From contig CAWFSF010000006.1 in assembly GCA_963818475.1 (NCBI GenBank), positions 1,792,001 through 1,856,000 on the forward strand: a stretch of 64,000 bases of DNA, read 5' to 3'. A program made the position numbers and the translations under genes. The stretch's first letter is position 1. Every line of letters starts with the position of its first letter. Under the pieces are notes generated by a model that was not told the origin of the DNA, did not search any database, and saw only the letters and a program-made list of their open reading frames with translations. Positions 48,023-60,265 of the stretch are shown here, piece by piece. Origin of the DNA: Nitrospirota bacterium (lineage in GTDB: Bacteria; Nitrospirota; UBA9217).

Positions 48023-49802
48023 ATGCACAGAACGGACCTGATCCTGCTCCACCCGCCCAGCGTCTTCAAATTCCGCGAACTGCCGCTCTTTTTCGGCCCG
48101 GTGAGCGATGTCGTGCCGTCGTCGTCCATTTTCGAGATCTACCCCATCGGGTTCCTGACCATGTCGCAGTACCTGCACACGCACGGCCTGTCGGTCCGGA
48201 TCGTCAACCTGGCGCTCAAGATGCTGCGGACCGCCACTTCGATCCGGAACCGTTCATCAAGCCAAACTGAGGCCGATCGCCTTCGGCATCGACCTCCACT
48301 GGCTCCCCCACGTGGACGGCAGCCTGAGCCTTGCCGAGCTCTGTCAAAAAGCACCATCCCGACATCCCGGTCATCCTGGGCGGCCTGAGCGCGACCTATT
48401 ATCACGAAGAGATCATGCGCGACTATCCCTTTGTGGACTTCGTCCTGTGCGGCGACTCCACGGAAGAGCCCGCTGCGTCAGCTCATGGAAGCGATCAAGG
48501 CGGGCCACGGGTACGAGCAGGTCCCGAACCTCGTCTGGCGCGACGCCGGCGGCACTGCGGTCGTGAACGAGCGGTCCTTCCAGCCCGAGACCATGGACTA
48601 CATCGATTTCGACTATCCCCATCTCATGAAGATGGTGCTCAAGTATCTCGACCCCACGGGCTATATCCCCTTCAAGTACTGGCTCAGTTACCCCGTGACC
48701 GCGGTCTTCACCTGCCGAGGCTGCAACCACAACTGCGGCACCTGCGGGGGCTCGCTCTCGGCGTTCAACAAGGTCTGCTTGCGCTCCAAGGCCTGCTTCC
48801 GCTCGCCCGAGCTCGTGGCCGATGACATCAAACGAATGTCGGAATACACCGGAGCGCCGGTCATCGTGCTGGGAGACCTGCTGATGGCCGGCAGGAATTA
48901 TGCCGACCGGTTCCTGGATGCCATGAAGAAGCACCACGTCCGGAACGAGGTCTGCATCGAGTTCTTCACCCCGCCTCCAGCCGATTTCCTTGCAAAAGGC
49001 GGCTGATTCCATCAGGACCTTCAACGTGGAGATGTCGCCGGAGTCCCACGACATCAACGTGCAGAAAGATCTTCGGGAAGAATTACGAGAACAACGCGCT
49101 GGAGGACATGATCGAAACGCTCATCAGCGTCGGGTGCAAGCGGATCGACCTGTTCTTCATGGTGGGGCTTCCGAACCAGACCTATGATTCGGTCATGGAT
49201 ACGGTGAAGTACTGCGGTTCGCTCATGGACCGGTTCGGCAGCAACGGCGACACCGGCAAGATACTGCCGCTCATCGCCCCGCTCGCGCCGTTCATCGATC
49301 CGGGCAGCATGATCTTCGAGGACCCGGAAAAGTACGGGTACACGTTCTTCTATAAGACCCTTACGGAACACCGCAAGGCCATGCTCATGCCGAGCTGGAA
49401 GTTTGCGTTGAATTACGAGACGAAATGGATGAACCGCGATGAGATCGTGAGGGCGACCTATGACGGGGCGCTGGGGCTGCTCAACGCTAAAGGAACAGTA
49501 CGGCGCCATCGAGCCAGAAGACCGCGGCAAAGGTCAGGAACCATCTTGAACGCGCGGTGGCCTTAAATGCGAAGATCAAGGACCTGTCGAGCATCGACGA
49601 TTCGCTGCGGGAGGAGATCTTCAGCCTGAATACGCTGGACCTGGTCTGCGACAAGCACGAACTTGACTGGCCGATCAAAGGCTGGAAGCTCAATGTGTTC
49701 AAGCTGGCAAAGCTGCTGCTTCAGAATTCGAATAACGGCAATGGTTCTTTTCAACAGACAAAGGCTGTCCCGGCTTTATCGAATGAAAAGGAGAGCCGAT
49801 GA
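48023..49802 (+). CDS. B12-binding radical SAM protein, Ta0216 (TIGR04190)-like (multiple indels)
   Basis: DLILLHPPS..FRE....GP.SD.VPSS..FE.YPIGF, DLHWLPH, GGLSATYYH, CRGCNHNCGTCGGS, SPESHD and LAPFIDPGS. Confidence 0.82.
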
Positions 49803-49867
49803 GCCATCTGGCAGTTCATAGCAGTAACTAAAAATCAAACTCCACTGACAACGTTATTTCGCCTCGC

Positions 49868-50242
49868 TTACCCTTCACGTAATATGAGACCACGCTTTAT
49901 CTTGTCTAAACGTGCCTTGGCAGCTGGATCTGTGTTGAAGAACGCTTCAAGCTGGTTGCATGCATATTCGGTGCAATACGCGCAGTTTTCCAGCTTCTTT
50001 TCCCGCGCGCACTTCCTCATAGGGCAGTTCTTGCATCCTGAGAATAATCTACCACTTTCTATCCGGCAACCATCGCAGTCAGTGATTTCTTCCAACGTGT
50101 AATTTATCCCATACGCTTCCTTGCACAGCTTCACAATCTCGGACCTCATTCTTGTTTTTTCTTCTTTGTTCCCCTGCCTCGTTGCCAGGTAGATCGGACA
50201 TGTTCGACAGATTAAACCGCAGTAAGCGACCATCTCGGCCAT
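49868..50242 (-). CDS. DUF3795 cysteine-rich protein
   Basis: AYCGLICRTC...CDGC...C..C..RKC......NCAYC.EY.C. Confidence 0.85.
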   Translation of the reverse strand: MAEMVAYCGLICRTCPIYLATRQGNKEEKTRMRSEIVKLCKEAYGINYTLEEITDCDGCRIESGRLFSGCKNCPMRKCAREKKLENCAYCTEYACNQLEAFFNTDPAAKARLDKIKRGLILREG

Positions 50243-50529
50243 GGCTTTTTCGTTTCCTCTCATATGGCTTGCAAACCGTTGCATAATAATCACTTCAATA
50301 TCAATATAGATCAACAGAGCAAAATATCATCTCTTTTTTTCTTTCGGATCAATAAAAATGACTACATGATAAGTAAGTAGCATTTCATCGATCTCAACCT
50401 TTACTATTGAGCGGTCAGGACCTACTATAGTATTTCGATATTCTTGTCATTAATTGACATTCCAACGCGACGGAGCTAGCTTTTCAGTACAGCGCGCTGG
50501 ACAACCTAAATTAAAAGGAGGTTTCTGTC

Positions 50530-51084
50530 ATGAAAAAGGTTACACATGCAGCATTTATTCTTGCAGTCGTCGCGGTCACAATGGTCTTCGTGACCGGCCT
50601 TGCGACAGCCGCATCAACAGCATCACCGAAGGACGTTGGGGAACTAAATGCCGAGATCACCATGCTCAACTCCAACGCGAGCCTGCCTCAGGGTGACAAA
50701 ATAATCACGAAGCAACTGATGGATACGTTCAAGGTCGGCAGCGACAGGGTCACCAGCCTGATCGGAGCCAGTACCCTGATGGGAAGCAACAAAGCACAGT
50801 ACGGAGACGCGGCAGCGATCCTGGCCTTCGCCAGCGAGATGCCCGGAGGAGTCACCGCGGAGAATATCACCAAGGTCTCGAGCATGCGGCAGCAAACGCG
50901 GGATTGGGCGCAGCTGGCACAGAACCTGAACGTGGATGTTGGAAAGGTGGCAAGCAAACTGAGCAGCCTCGAGAACGACAGTCATAAGAGCATCAAACAG
51001 GCTCTTGCCGATTCGTTTTCTGGGAGCGCGGCAGGCGGTATGAGCGGAGGATCGGAAAGCGGTGCTGGAGGCAGCAAGTATTGA
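50530..51084 (+). CDS. Secreted helical hypothetical protein
   Basis: AAAGGAGG RBS, Sec signal peptide, W..LA..L.V motif and Gly/Ser tail. Confidence 0.78.
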   Translation: MKKVTHAAFILAVVAVTMVFVTGLATAASTASPKDVGELNAEITMLNSNASLPQGDKIITKQLMDTFKVGSDRVTSLIGASTLMGSNKAQYGDAAAILAFASEMPGGVTAENITKVSSMRQQTRDWAQLAQNLNVDVGKVASKLSSLENDSHKSIKQALADSFSGSAAGGMSGGSESGAGGSKY

Positions 51085-51108
51085 TTTTTCAGATCATTGA
51101 CCCTGAGC

Positions 51109-51142
51109 AAAAGGCAGTCGGTCTCGTGCCGGCTGCCTTTAT
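51109..51142. terminator. Bidirectional terminator hairpin
   Basis: aaaggcagtcgg-tctcgtg-ccggctgccttt. Confidence 0.7.
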
Positions 51143-51372
51143 TGTTCCGACCCTGCGTCACAGCTTGGCCCCTCAGGTCAGTAAGATGCCCCAGCTTTTT
51201 TTGCCAGACAACAACGGCTGCGATGCTTTTACGCCGAAATTATTCAATATCGGATCATGTCGTTCGTTGCAGAATCCCCAGGTCGGGAATAAACGCCTGC
51301 GATTAAAGGCTTCCCGCCCATAGCGAAGAATTGAGGTCATATGACCAGCCCGATCCTGTAAATCTGCATATT

Positions 51373-52902
51373 TTAAATCCTTCTCTCGTATTCGCAGAAG
51401 GGGCACCGCCAGGCGTTCTCCGTCTGGTACCACTGCATTTTCTTACGGCAGACCGGGCAAGCCTTTTTTTTGGTCGAGGGCTGCTTATTGGACGATGATG
51501 ATTTCTTTTTTGATTCCTCGTTTTCGTTCGACGACAGGGATGTCAAAGAGTCGGCAAGGGGCGAAAATGGATCGAAAATCGGCGCCGAAGCTGGACCGGG
51601 CTTGGGTGCGTCCGTATGTTCTTTTTTTTCTTCGATTTTACCCTGGACTTCATTCTTTTTTAATTCTTCGTATGCGCAGGAATAACACTGCCACATTTCC
51701 TCATTACTGAGGAAGTCCATTCGCCCACCGCACATAGGGCATTTTTTCTGCCATTCCGTATCCTTCGGCGCAGAAGACTCACGGATTTCGATTTTCTGCT
51801 CGCCGACTTCTTTTTTCTCGCTGGGAATATCCCATTCAATAGAATTCCTATGCGGAGTGGGCTTCGGTGCGTTCGTCTGTTCACCTTTTTCTTCGTATGC
51901 ACAGGAATAACACTGCCACATTTTCTCATTAATGAGGAAGTCCATTCGCCCACCGCACATAGGGCATTTTTTCTGCCATTCCGTATCCTTCGGCGCAGAA
52001 GAATCAGGGACTTCGATTTTCTGCTCGCCGCTTTCCTTTTTCTCGATGGGAATATCCCATTCAATAGAATCCCTATGCGGAGTGGGCTTCGGTGCGTTCG
52101 TATGTTCACTTTTTTCTTCGATTTTACCCTGAACTTCATCCTCTTTTAATTCTTCGTATGCACAGGAATAACACATCCACATTTTCCCATCAATGAGGAA
52201 GTCCATTCGCCCACCGCACATAGGGCATTTTTTCTGCCATTCCGTATCCTTCGGCGCAGAAGACTCACGGATTTCGATTTTCTGCTCGCCGACTTCCTTT
52301 TTCTCGCTGGGAGTATCCCTGTGCGGGACTGGCTGAGCGGCCGCGCTTTCAGCAGCAAATTCCTCGACCTTTTTTTTGATATAGGTTATCTCCGCCCCGA
52401 TATCCGTAAAGAGTTCCCTCATGGCCTTCTCGACGAGTTCCATTTCCTTTTCACGTGTCGCCATGCCATTGAGGAGCCCTTTTTCTTCGCTTTCAAGCCA
52501 TACTATTCTTTCACGTAGTTTCGCTATCTCGCCTCTCATCTCCTGCGATTTGGTTTCCATGACCTTACGTTCGTCATGCCAGCCGGGGAGAGCAGGCATT
52601 AAGCCCTTCTCGAGTATTTTAAGCTCATCAAGCTGATTGTTGACTGCCGCAATGATCTCTTGCCGGCTTAGTTTCGAAGTCGTCGACAACGCCTTGATAG
52701 CGGCATTATAACGCTGTTTCTCCTCAGGAATGACTTCCCGGAACGATTCCTCGAGTCCACGGAATTTTCCGAATATTGTATCCTCGCCCTCAATTACTTT
52801 TTTTATTTCATCGCGTAGACGATGGATTTTGGATGATAGTTCTTCGTCTCCCTTCGATTTTCCAAAGAGATCGGCAACTATCCGGGAAAGGATTTCGTTC
52901 AT
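51373..52902 (-). CDS. Coiled-coil protein with four C-terminal zinc-ribbon modules
   Basis: Three copies of WQKKCPMCGGRMDFL....MW.CYSCAYEE plus a terminal CPVC...WRCPFC. Confidence 0.85.
   Translation of the reverse strand: MNEILSRIVADLFGKSKGDEELSSKIHRLRDEIKKVIEGEDTIFGKFRGLEESFREVIPEEKQRYNAAIKALSTTSKLSRQEIIAAVNNQLDELKILEKGLMPALPGWHDERKVMETKSQEMRGEIAKLRERIVWLESEEKGLLNGMATREKEMELVEKAMRELFTDIGAEITYIKKKVEEFAAESAAAQPVPHRDTPSEKKEVGEQKIEIRESSAPKDTEWQKKCPMCGGRMDFLIDGKMWMCYSCAYEELKEDEVQGKIEEKSEHTNAPKPTPHRDSIEWDIPIEKKESGEQKIEVPDSSAPKDTEWQKKCPMCGGRMDFLINEKMWQCYSCAYEEKGEQTNAPKPTPHRNSIEWDIPSEKKEVGEQKIEIRESSAPKDTEWQKKCPMCGGRMDFLSNEEMWQCYSCAYEELKKNEVQGKIEEKKEHTDAPKPGPASAPIFDPFSPLADSLTSLSSNENEESKKKSSSSNKQPSTKKKACPVCRKKMQWYQTENAWRCPFCEYERRI
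51600..52312. repeat. Intragenic near-identical tandem DNA repeats (periods 225 and 261 bp)
   Basis: tcgcccaccgcacatagggcattttttctgccattccgtatccttcggcgcagaaga starts at 51721, 51946 and 52207. Confidence 0.9.
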
Positions 52903-53113
52903 GTTTTTTCCTCAGTGCCCATTCATTTCCTCGCTTTAAAGTTCTGATAGCACATATTTCCAGATGATTTTATCCATCATTGAATATATTCAAAAACCGA
53001 TGTCAACAATGTCGAATGTGAGGGTCTACCACAGATACAGAATGTAGCCTGATGTGTTTTAAATAAATAAATACGACTACACTGAGTTCAGAAAGTTATC
53101 ATTGGCCCAGACC

Positions 53114-54151
53114 CTAGCCAGCGAAATGACTATATCCCGTCGGCTTTAGGACCGCCCGCTCGCCATTATCATTTAAAAACATCTTATTTCCAGCAATGAT
53201 CGTGCCGATCTGCGTAGATACTATTTTGAGAGAAAGGAACTTCTTGAGTTTTGAAGGCGGGAGAGTGAACAGAAGCTCATAATCCTCGCCTCCTGAGAGG
53301 GCGTAATGAAGCGGAATGGCATTTAGATGATAGGCTGCATTGCGCATATCTTCTGAAAAAGGTATCTGATCGGCACGGATCTCCGCACCTACCCTGCTCT
53401 CTTCGCAAATATGCCCGAGATCGGATGACAACCCATCGCTGATATCTATCATAGCTGTGGCGCAGCCGGAGAGAGCGATTTTCCTTCCCGATTCGATGCG
53501 CGGCACGGGTTGTAGGTGCCTCTTTATAAGCCGCGCAATTTCGGATTGAGAATTTCGGATTGCGGATTTATACCCTTTACCCTTGGACCCTGGATCCCGA
53601 ACCCTGGCCCCTGCCTTCAAAAGCTCCATCCCCGCGGCCGAATCCCCCAGCGTTCCGGTGACGAAAATAAGGTCTCCCGGGCGCGCCCCTGTCCTGGTAA
53701 GCATTTTCTTCTTTTCGACCTCTCCCAGGGCAGTGACGCTTATCACAAGGCCCTTTTCAGAGCCGCAGGTATCCCCGCCTACGAGGTCAACGCGGTATTT
53801 GCGGCAGAGGGCATTAAAGCCTTTATAGAACTCTTTGATCTGCTCCACGGAGATGCCTGCTGGGATGCCGAGCGCCGTGAGGCAGAAGCGGGGAACGCCT
53901 CCCATGGCGGCAATATCGCTCAGGTTCACGGCAGCGGATTTCCAGCCAAGAGAATAAAAATCTGTATAGGACAGGTCGAAATGCACGCCTTCGAGCAGCA
54001 TGTCGGTCGTGGTGAGCAGCTTTTTGGAAGGTGAGAGTGAAAGCGCGGCAGCATCGTCTCCGATGCCGATCAGCGTTGCAGGTGATCTGCCTTTGGATTG
54101 TTCTTTGATCTTCTTTATCAGGCCGAATTCGCCGAGGTCCGATATTTTCAT
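53114..54151 (-). CDS. thiL: Thiamine-monophosphate kinase
   Basis: GEFGLI, GIGDDAA, GVHF, NLSDIAAMG, GGDT, DISDGL and GGEDYELLFT. Confidence 0.96.
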   Translation of the reverse strand: MKISDLGEFGLIKKIKEQSKGRSPATLIGIGDDAAALSLSPSKKLLTTTDMLLEGVHFDLSYTDFYSLGWKSAAVNLSDIAAMGGVPRFCLTALGIPAGISVEQIKEFYKGFNALCRKYRVDLVGGDTCGSEKGLVISVTALGEVEKKKMLTRTGARPGDLIFVTGTLGDSAAGMELLKAGARVRDPGSKGKGYKSAIRNSQSEIARLIKRHLQPVPRIESGRKIALSGCATAMIDISDGLSSDLGHICEESRVGAEIRADQIPFSEDMRNAAYHLNAIPLHYALSGGEDYELLFTLPPSKLKKFLSLKIVSTQIGTIIAGNKMFLNDNGERAVLKPTGYSHFAG

Positions 54152-54274
54152 CGTTTAATTCGCAAAGATGCGTCTTTTTTAAACTCGAAAGAGTTGTATC
54201 TGTCTTTATCCGCGTTCAACACATATTATCCGCGGCAAATGCTCTTTTCAGGATAAACCGATTTGCCTTCCTAA

Positions 54275-54301
54275 CAAAAACCCCGCACCGAAGTGCGGGG
54301 C
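54275..54301 (-). terminator. Rho-independent terminator after lon
   Basis: ccccgcac-cgaa-gtgcgggg with a T run on the minus strand. Confidence 0.75.
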
Positions 54302-54323
54302 GTCGAATAGTGTTACTCCTGAT

Positions 54324-54348
54324 GGGCGGGTTTCAGACCCGCCCCTAC
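54324..54348. repeat. GTAG-family REP sequence (second copy at 60200-60228)
   Basis: gggcgggtttcagacccgcccctac and gggcgggtttcaaacccgcccctac, hairpins ending in CTAC. Confidence 0.8.
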
Positions 54349-54361
54349 CTGATTCTTACGC

Positions 54362-56810
<2,449 letters not shown>

Positions 56811-56874
56811 GCCAGCCTCCTTGCGTCATGTATAATGACAATGTCCGGCCCCTCGCGCTCGTACGGGCGAGGGG

Positions 56875-57744
56875 TCACAGCTTTAACTTCTGCAGATACT
56901 GCCTGAACTCCGGGCCGAAATCCTTGTTCTTCAGCCCGAACTCCACCGTTGCCTTCAAAAAACCGAGTTTGTCGCCTGCGTCGTACCGGGTGCCCTCGAC
57001 CTCGTACGCGTAGATCGGTTGGTCCTCCATGAGCAGCCGGAGCCCGTCCGTCAACTGGATCTCGCCACCCTTGCCCGGTTTGGTCTGTTCAAGAGCGCGG
57101 AAGATTCCCGGAGAAAGGATATAGCGTCCGATGATAGCCAGGTTGGAAGGCGCCTTGTCAGGTGACGGCTTTTCGACCAGGTCCTTGACGAGGTAAACCC
57201 CGTTCTCGATCTTTTTTGCATCAATAATGCCGTAATGCTGCGTCTGGGACCGGGGAACCTTCTGGATGGCAAGGATCGTCGATGGGTACCGTTTGTAGAC
57301 CCCCATCATCTGTTTGAGTGCGGGAACCTCCGCATCGATGATATCATCGCCGAGCAGCACGGCAAAGGGTTCGTTGCCGACCACCAGCTTGGCCGTCAGC
57401 ACGGCATGTCCGAGACCGAGCGCCTTTTTCTGGCGGATATAGCAGAAGGTCACCAGGTTCGCGATGCGCTGGATCTCGGAAAGTAGTTTGTGCTTGCCCT
57501 TTGCCTTGAGATCTTCTTCGAGCTCGAAAGCCACGTCGAAGTGGTCCTCGATCGCGCGCTTCCCCCTGCCCGTGACCAGCACGATCTCCTCGATGCCGGA
57601 GGCAACGGCTTCCTCCACCACATACTGGATGAGCGGCTTGTCAACGAGCGCCAGCATTTCCTTGGGCGACGCCTTGGTTGCCGGCAGGAAGCGGGTACCC
57701 AGTCCGGCAGCGGGAAAAACCGCCTTCACGATGCCTGTGGTCAT
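56875..57744 (-). CDS. galU: UTP-glucose-1-phosphate uridylyltransferase
   Basis: KAVFPAAGLGTRFLPATKA.PKEM, LVEKP and GEIQLTD; promoter TTGACT-17-TAGAAT at 57805-57833. Confidence 0.96.
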   Translation of the reverse strand: MTTGIVKAVFPAAGLGTRFLPATKASPKEMLALVDKPLIQYVVEEAVASGIEEIVLVTGRGKRAIEDHFDVAFELEEDLKAKGKHKLLSEIQRIANLVTFCYIRQKKALGLGHAVLTAKLVVGNEPFAVLLGDDIIDAEVPALKQMMGVYKRYPSTILAIQKVPRSQTQHYGIIDAKKIENGVYLVKDLVEKPSPDKAPSNLAIIGRYILSPGIFRALEQTKPGKGGEIQLTDGLRLLMEDQPIYAYEVEGTRYDAGDKLGFLKATVEFGLKNKDFGPEFRQYLQKLKL

Positions 57745-57854
57745 TCGTCACCTCTCCCTGGAACAATGAAATCAATCACTTGAGCACAGCGGGAACAGAT
57801 GTGCATTCTATGAGACAATGCCCGAAAAGTCAAGAACTAGAACCGAAACTGAGA

Positions 57855-59280
57855 CTACTTGGGGATCGGCACGCTCCCGATCAGATATTTCAGGTCCTCG
57901 TCATCGAACCGCAGCCCGACGCCGACAAAGGGCGCGGACCGCTTGGAGTTCAGGAAGTTGTCGATCCCGCCGTTCACGAACAGGGTATTGCCGAGCATAT
58001 AGCTCGCCGTTGCCTTCATATGAGCATTGATATTCTCCGACTCCCTGCTGTTAAAGTTCCAGGCGTCTACGCTCACTTTCATTTTGTCGCTGAACAGGAA
58101 GTAATCGCCGCCGATGCCGCCTGTGGACTCGATCAATCCAACGCGGAGCGCGGCATCGCCCCAGCGCTTGGCGAACATGAGGCTGAATTTGAAACGGTCC
58201 TCATAGGTCTCGGTCGTGACCGAACTGCCCGGCGTGGTGGTCATGGTGGTGCGTGCGTATTTGCCGTAGGGATCGTTGGTCATCTCGAAGATATAGTATT
58301 TATCCTTTTTGGGCTTGAGCTCAAGAGTAAAATAGCTTTTTGACTTCGGGAACATATATTCGGTGCGGAAGCCGACCACGGTCTGCATACGCTCGATCCG
58401 GGACGTATAGTCGCTGATCCCCTTGGCCGCGCTGTCGATATTGTTATACATGCTGTCGTCGCTGATCAGCTTGCCCAGCGTTCCCTCGCCGCGGTCCACC
58501 TTCCGGGCGACGCTCTCGATCGAGGCCAGGGCAAGCTCGGCGTTCCGCGATGCTTCCCGGATGTTCTCCATGCTTACTTTCAGGTTGTCCCGGTTCTCGC
58601 CCACGACGGCATTGAGGCTGTCGGCAAGTTCATTCAGCCGCATGACGAGTTCGCTCCCGTCGCCTTGAAGCGTGATGGAAAATTCCTTGATGTTCGCCAT
58701 GGTTTCGCGCAGATCGTGCAGGATGTCCTCCATGGACCGGGCACCTGCCTCGGTACCCAGGACCTGGCGCAACGACCCGGTCACCTCCTTGATGTCGCCC
58801 GCTATGCCGCTTAGCTGGTTAATGAGCTTATCCACGTCGCTGGGCGATACGGTCGCCTGGATCGTCTCTTCGGGCTGATAATAGCCGGGCTTCCCTGCCG
58901 CATCGGGCATGCTGCCCTCGGGACCGTCCGTCTCTCCGCTCCGGCGGAACAAGATCCACGAATTTATCCCCCAGGAGCCCCATGGTCTTGATCGTGGCCT
59001 CTGATCCGCGTTTTATCTGGATGTCCGGATCGATCCGCAAGATGACTTTGGCGCGGCTGTCGGAGAGTACCACGCGCTCGACCGTGCCGATCTTGACCCC
59101 GGCCATGCGAACGGCCGATTTTTCGTCAAGGCCTGCCACCGAGTCAAAGAGCGCCGAAAGCGTATACCCTTTTGCCTCGCCGAACTCGTACTTTCCTACC
59201 ATAAAGGTCATGATGAGGAGGGTGATCGATCCTACAATGACCAGCAACCCCACCTTTGCCTCTGCACTCAGATTAGCCAT
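57855..59280 (-). CDS. mlaD: Long MCE/MlaD protein with helical stalk and C-terminal beta-rich domain (indel near 58945)
   Basis: TM, F.SVAGL....VRMAGV.IG.V, GLLGDKFV and GEGTLGKL; alternating aromatic/hydrophobic strands at the C-terminus. Confidence 0.88.
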
Positions 59281-59392
59281 GAAAACTCCCTGTTTATTTC
59301 GGATTGCGGATTTCGGATTGCGGATTAAACTTCAAAAACGTTGAAGACCCAGACTTGTCTTTATTCCGCATTCCGCAATCCGCAATTGAAAA

Positions 59393-60139
59393 TTAGTCCG
59401 CCGTTATCGGCCCTACCGCGCTCCCGGTAATGAACTGGTGCACGATGGGGTGCGAGGTCTGCCTGATCTCGTCGGGCGTTCCGATCTCGAGGATCTCGCC
59501 TTTATAGAGCATGGCGATGCGGTCCGAGATCTTGTACGCGCTGTGCATATCATGCGTGATCGCAACCGAGGTCACGCCGAGTTTTTTCCGCAGGTCGATG
59601 ATCAGGTCGTTGATGGCGTCGGCTGAAATGGGGTCCAGTCCCGTGGTCGGTTCATCATACAGGATAATGGACGGGTTGATGGCTATGGCCCGGGCCAGCC
59701 CGACCCTTTTTTTCATGCCGCCCGACAGCTCCGCGGGCATCTTGTCCTCAATGCCCTTGAGCCCCACGAGCGCGAGTTTTTCCGTCGCCATGGCGCGGAT
59801 CTCCCGGTCCGACATCTTGGTGTGCTGTTTCAGCGCAAAACCCACGTTCTCCCATACGCTCAGCGAATCGAAGAGCGCCGCCATCTGGAAGAGCATGCCG
59901 AACTTCTTGCGCACCTCGTTCAGGCCGTGCTGATCAAGGTTGTTCAGCTCCTGTCCGTCGATGATCACCCGGCCCTGGTCCGGGAACAGCAATCCGATGA
60001 TGTGCTTCAGCAGCACGCTTTTGCCGCTGCCGCTGCCGCCGATCACCGTCATGCTTTCGCCCTTCTCGACGGTGAGATTGACCCCGCGGAGCACGCGCTG
60101 CTCGCCAAATCCCTTATGGAGGTTGATGATCTCGATCAT
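59393..60139 (-). CDS. mlaF: MlaF-type ABC transporter ATPase
   Basis: GGSGSGKS, FQ..ALFDSL.V.ENV, LSGGMKKRVGLARA and YDEPTTGLDP. Confidence 0.93.
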   Translation of the reverse strand: MIEIINLHKGFGEQRVLRGVNLTVEKGESMTVIGGSGSGKSVLLKHIIGLLFPDQGRVIIDGQELNNLDQHGLNEVRKKFGMLFQMAALFDSLSVWENVGFALKQHTKMSDREIRAMATEKLALVGLKGIEDKMPAELSGGMKKRVGLARAIAINPSIILYDEPTTGLDPISADAINDLIIDLRKKLGVTSVAITHDMHSAYKISDRIAMLYKGEILEIGTPDEIRQTSHPIVHQFITGSAVGPITAD

Positions 60140-60265
60140 AATTATCAAAAAAAGTCAGAATTCAATCTCCGGTTTCAGACTCCTGACTCCCGCTCTTCTG
60201 TACGGGCGGGTTTCAAACCCGCCCCTACCTGCCCCGGGCCCCTGACTCCCGGCCTCTTGTACTTA

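Noticed and set aside
51145-51370. Intergenic stretch as a small gene or transposase remnant
   Set aside because: No recognisable motif, RBS or inverted ends were found in the frames read.
51600-52312. Near-identical repeats as DGR template/variable repeats
   Set aside because: There is no reverse transcriptase in the window, all copies are in frame within one ORF, and the differences are not obviously adenine-specific.
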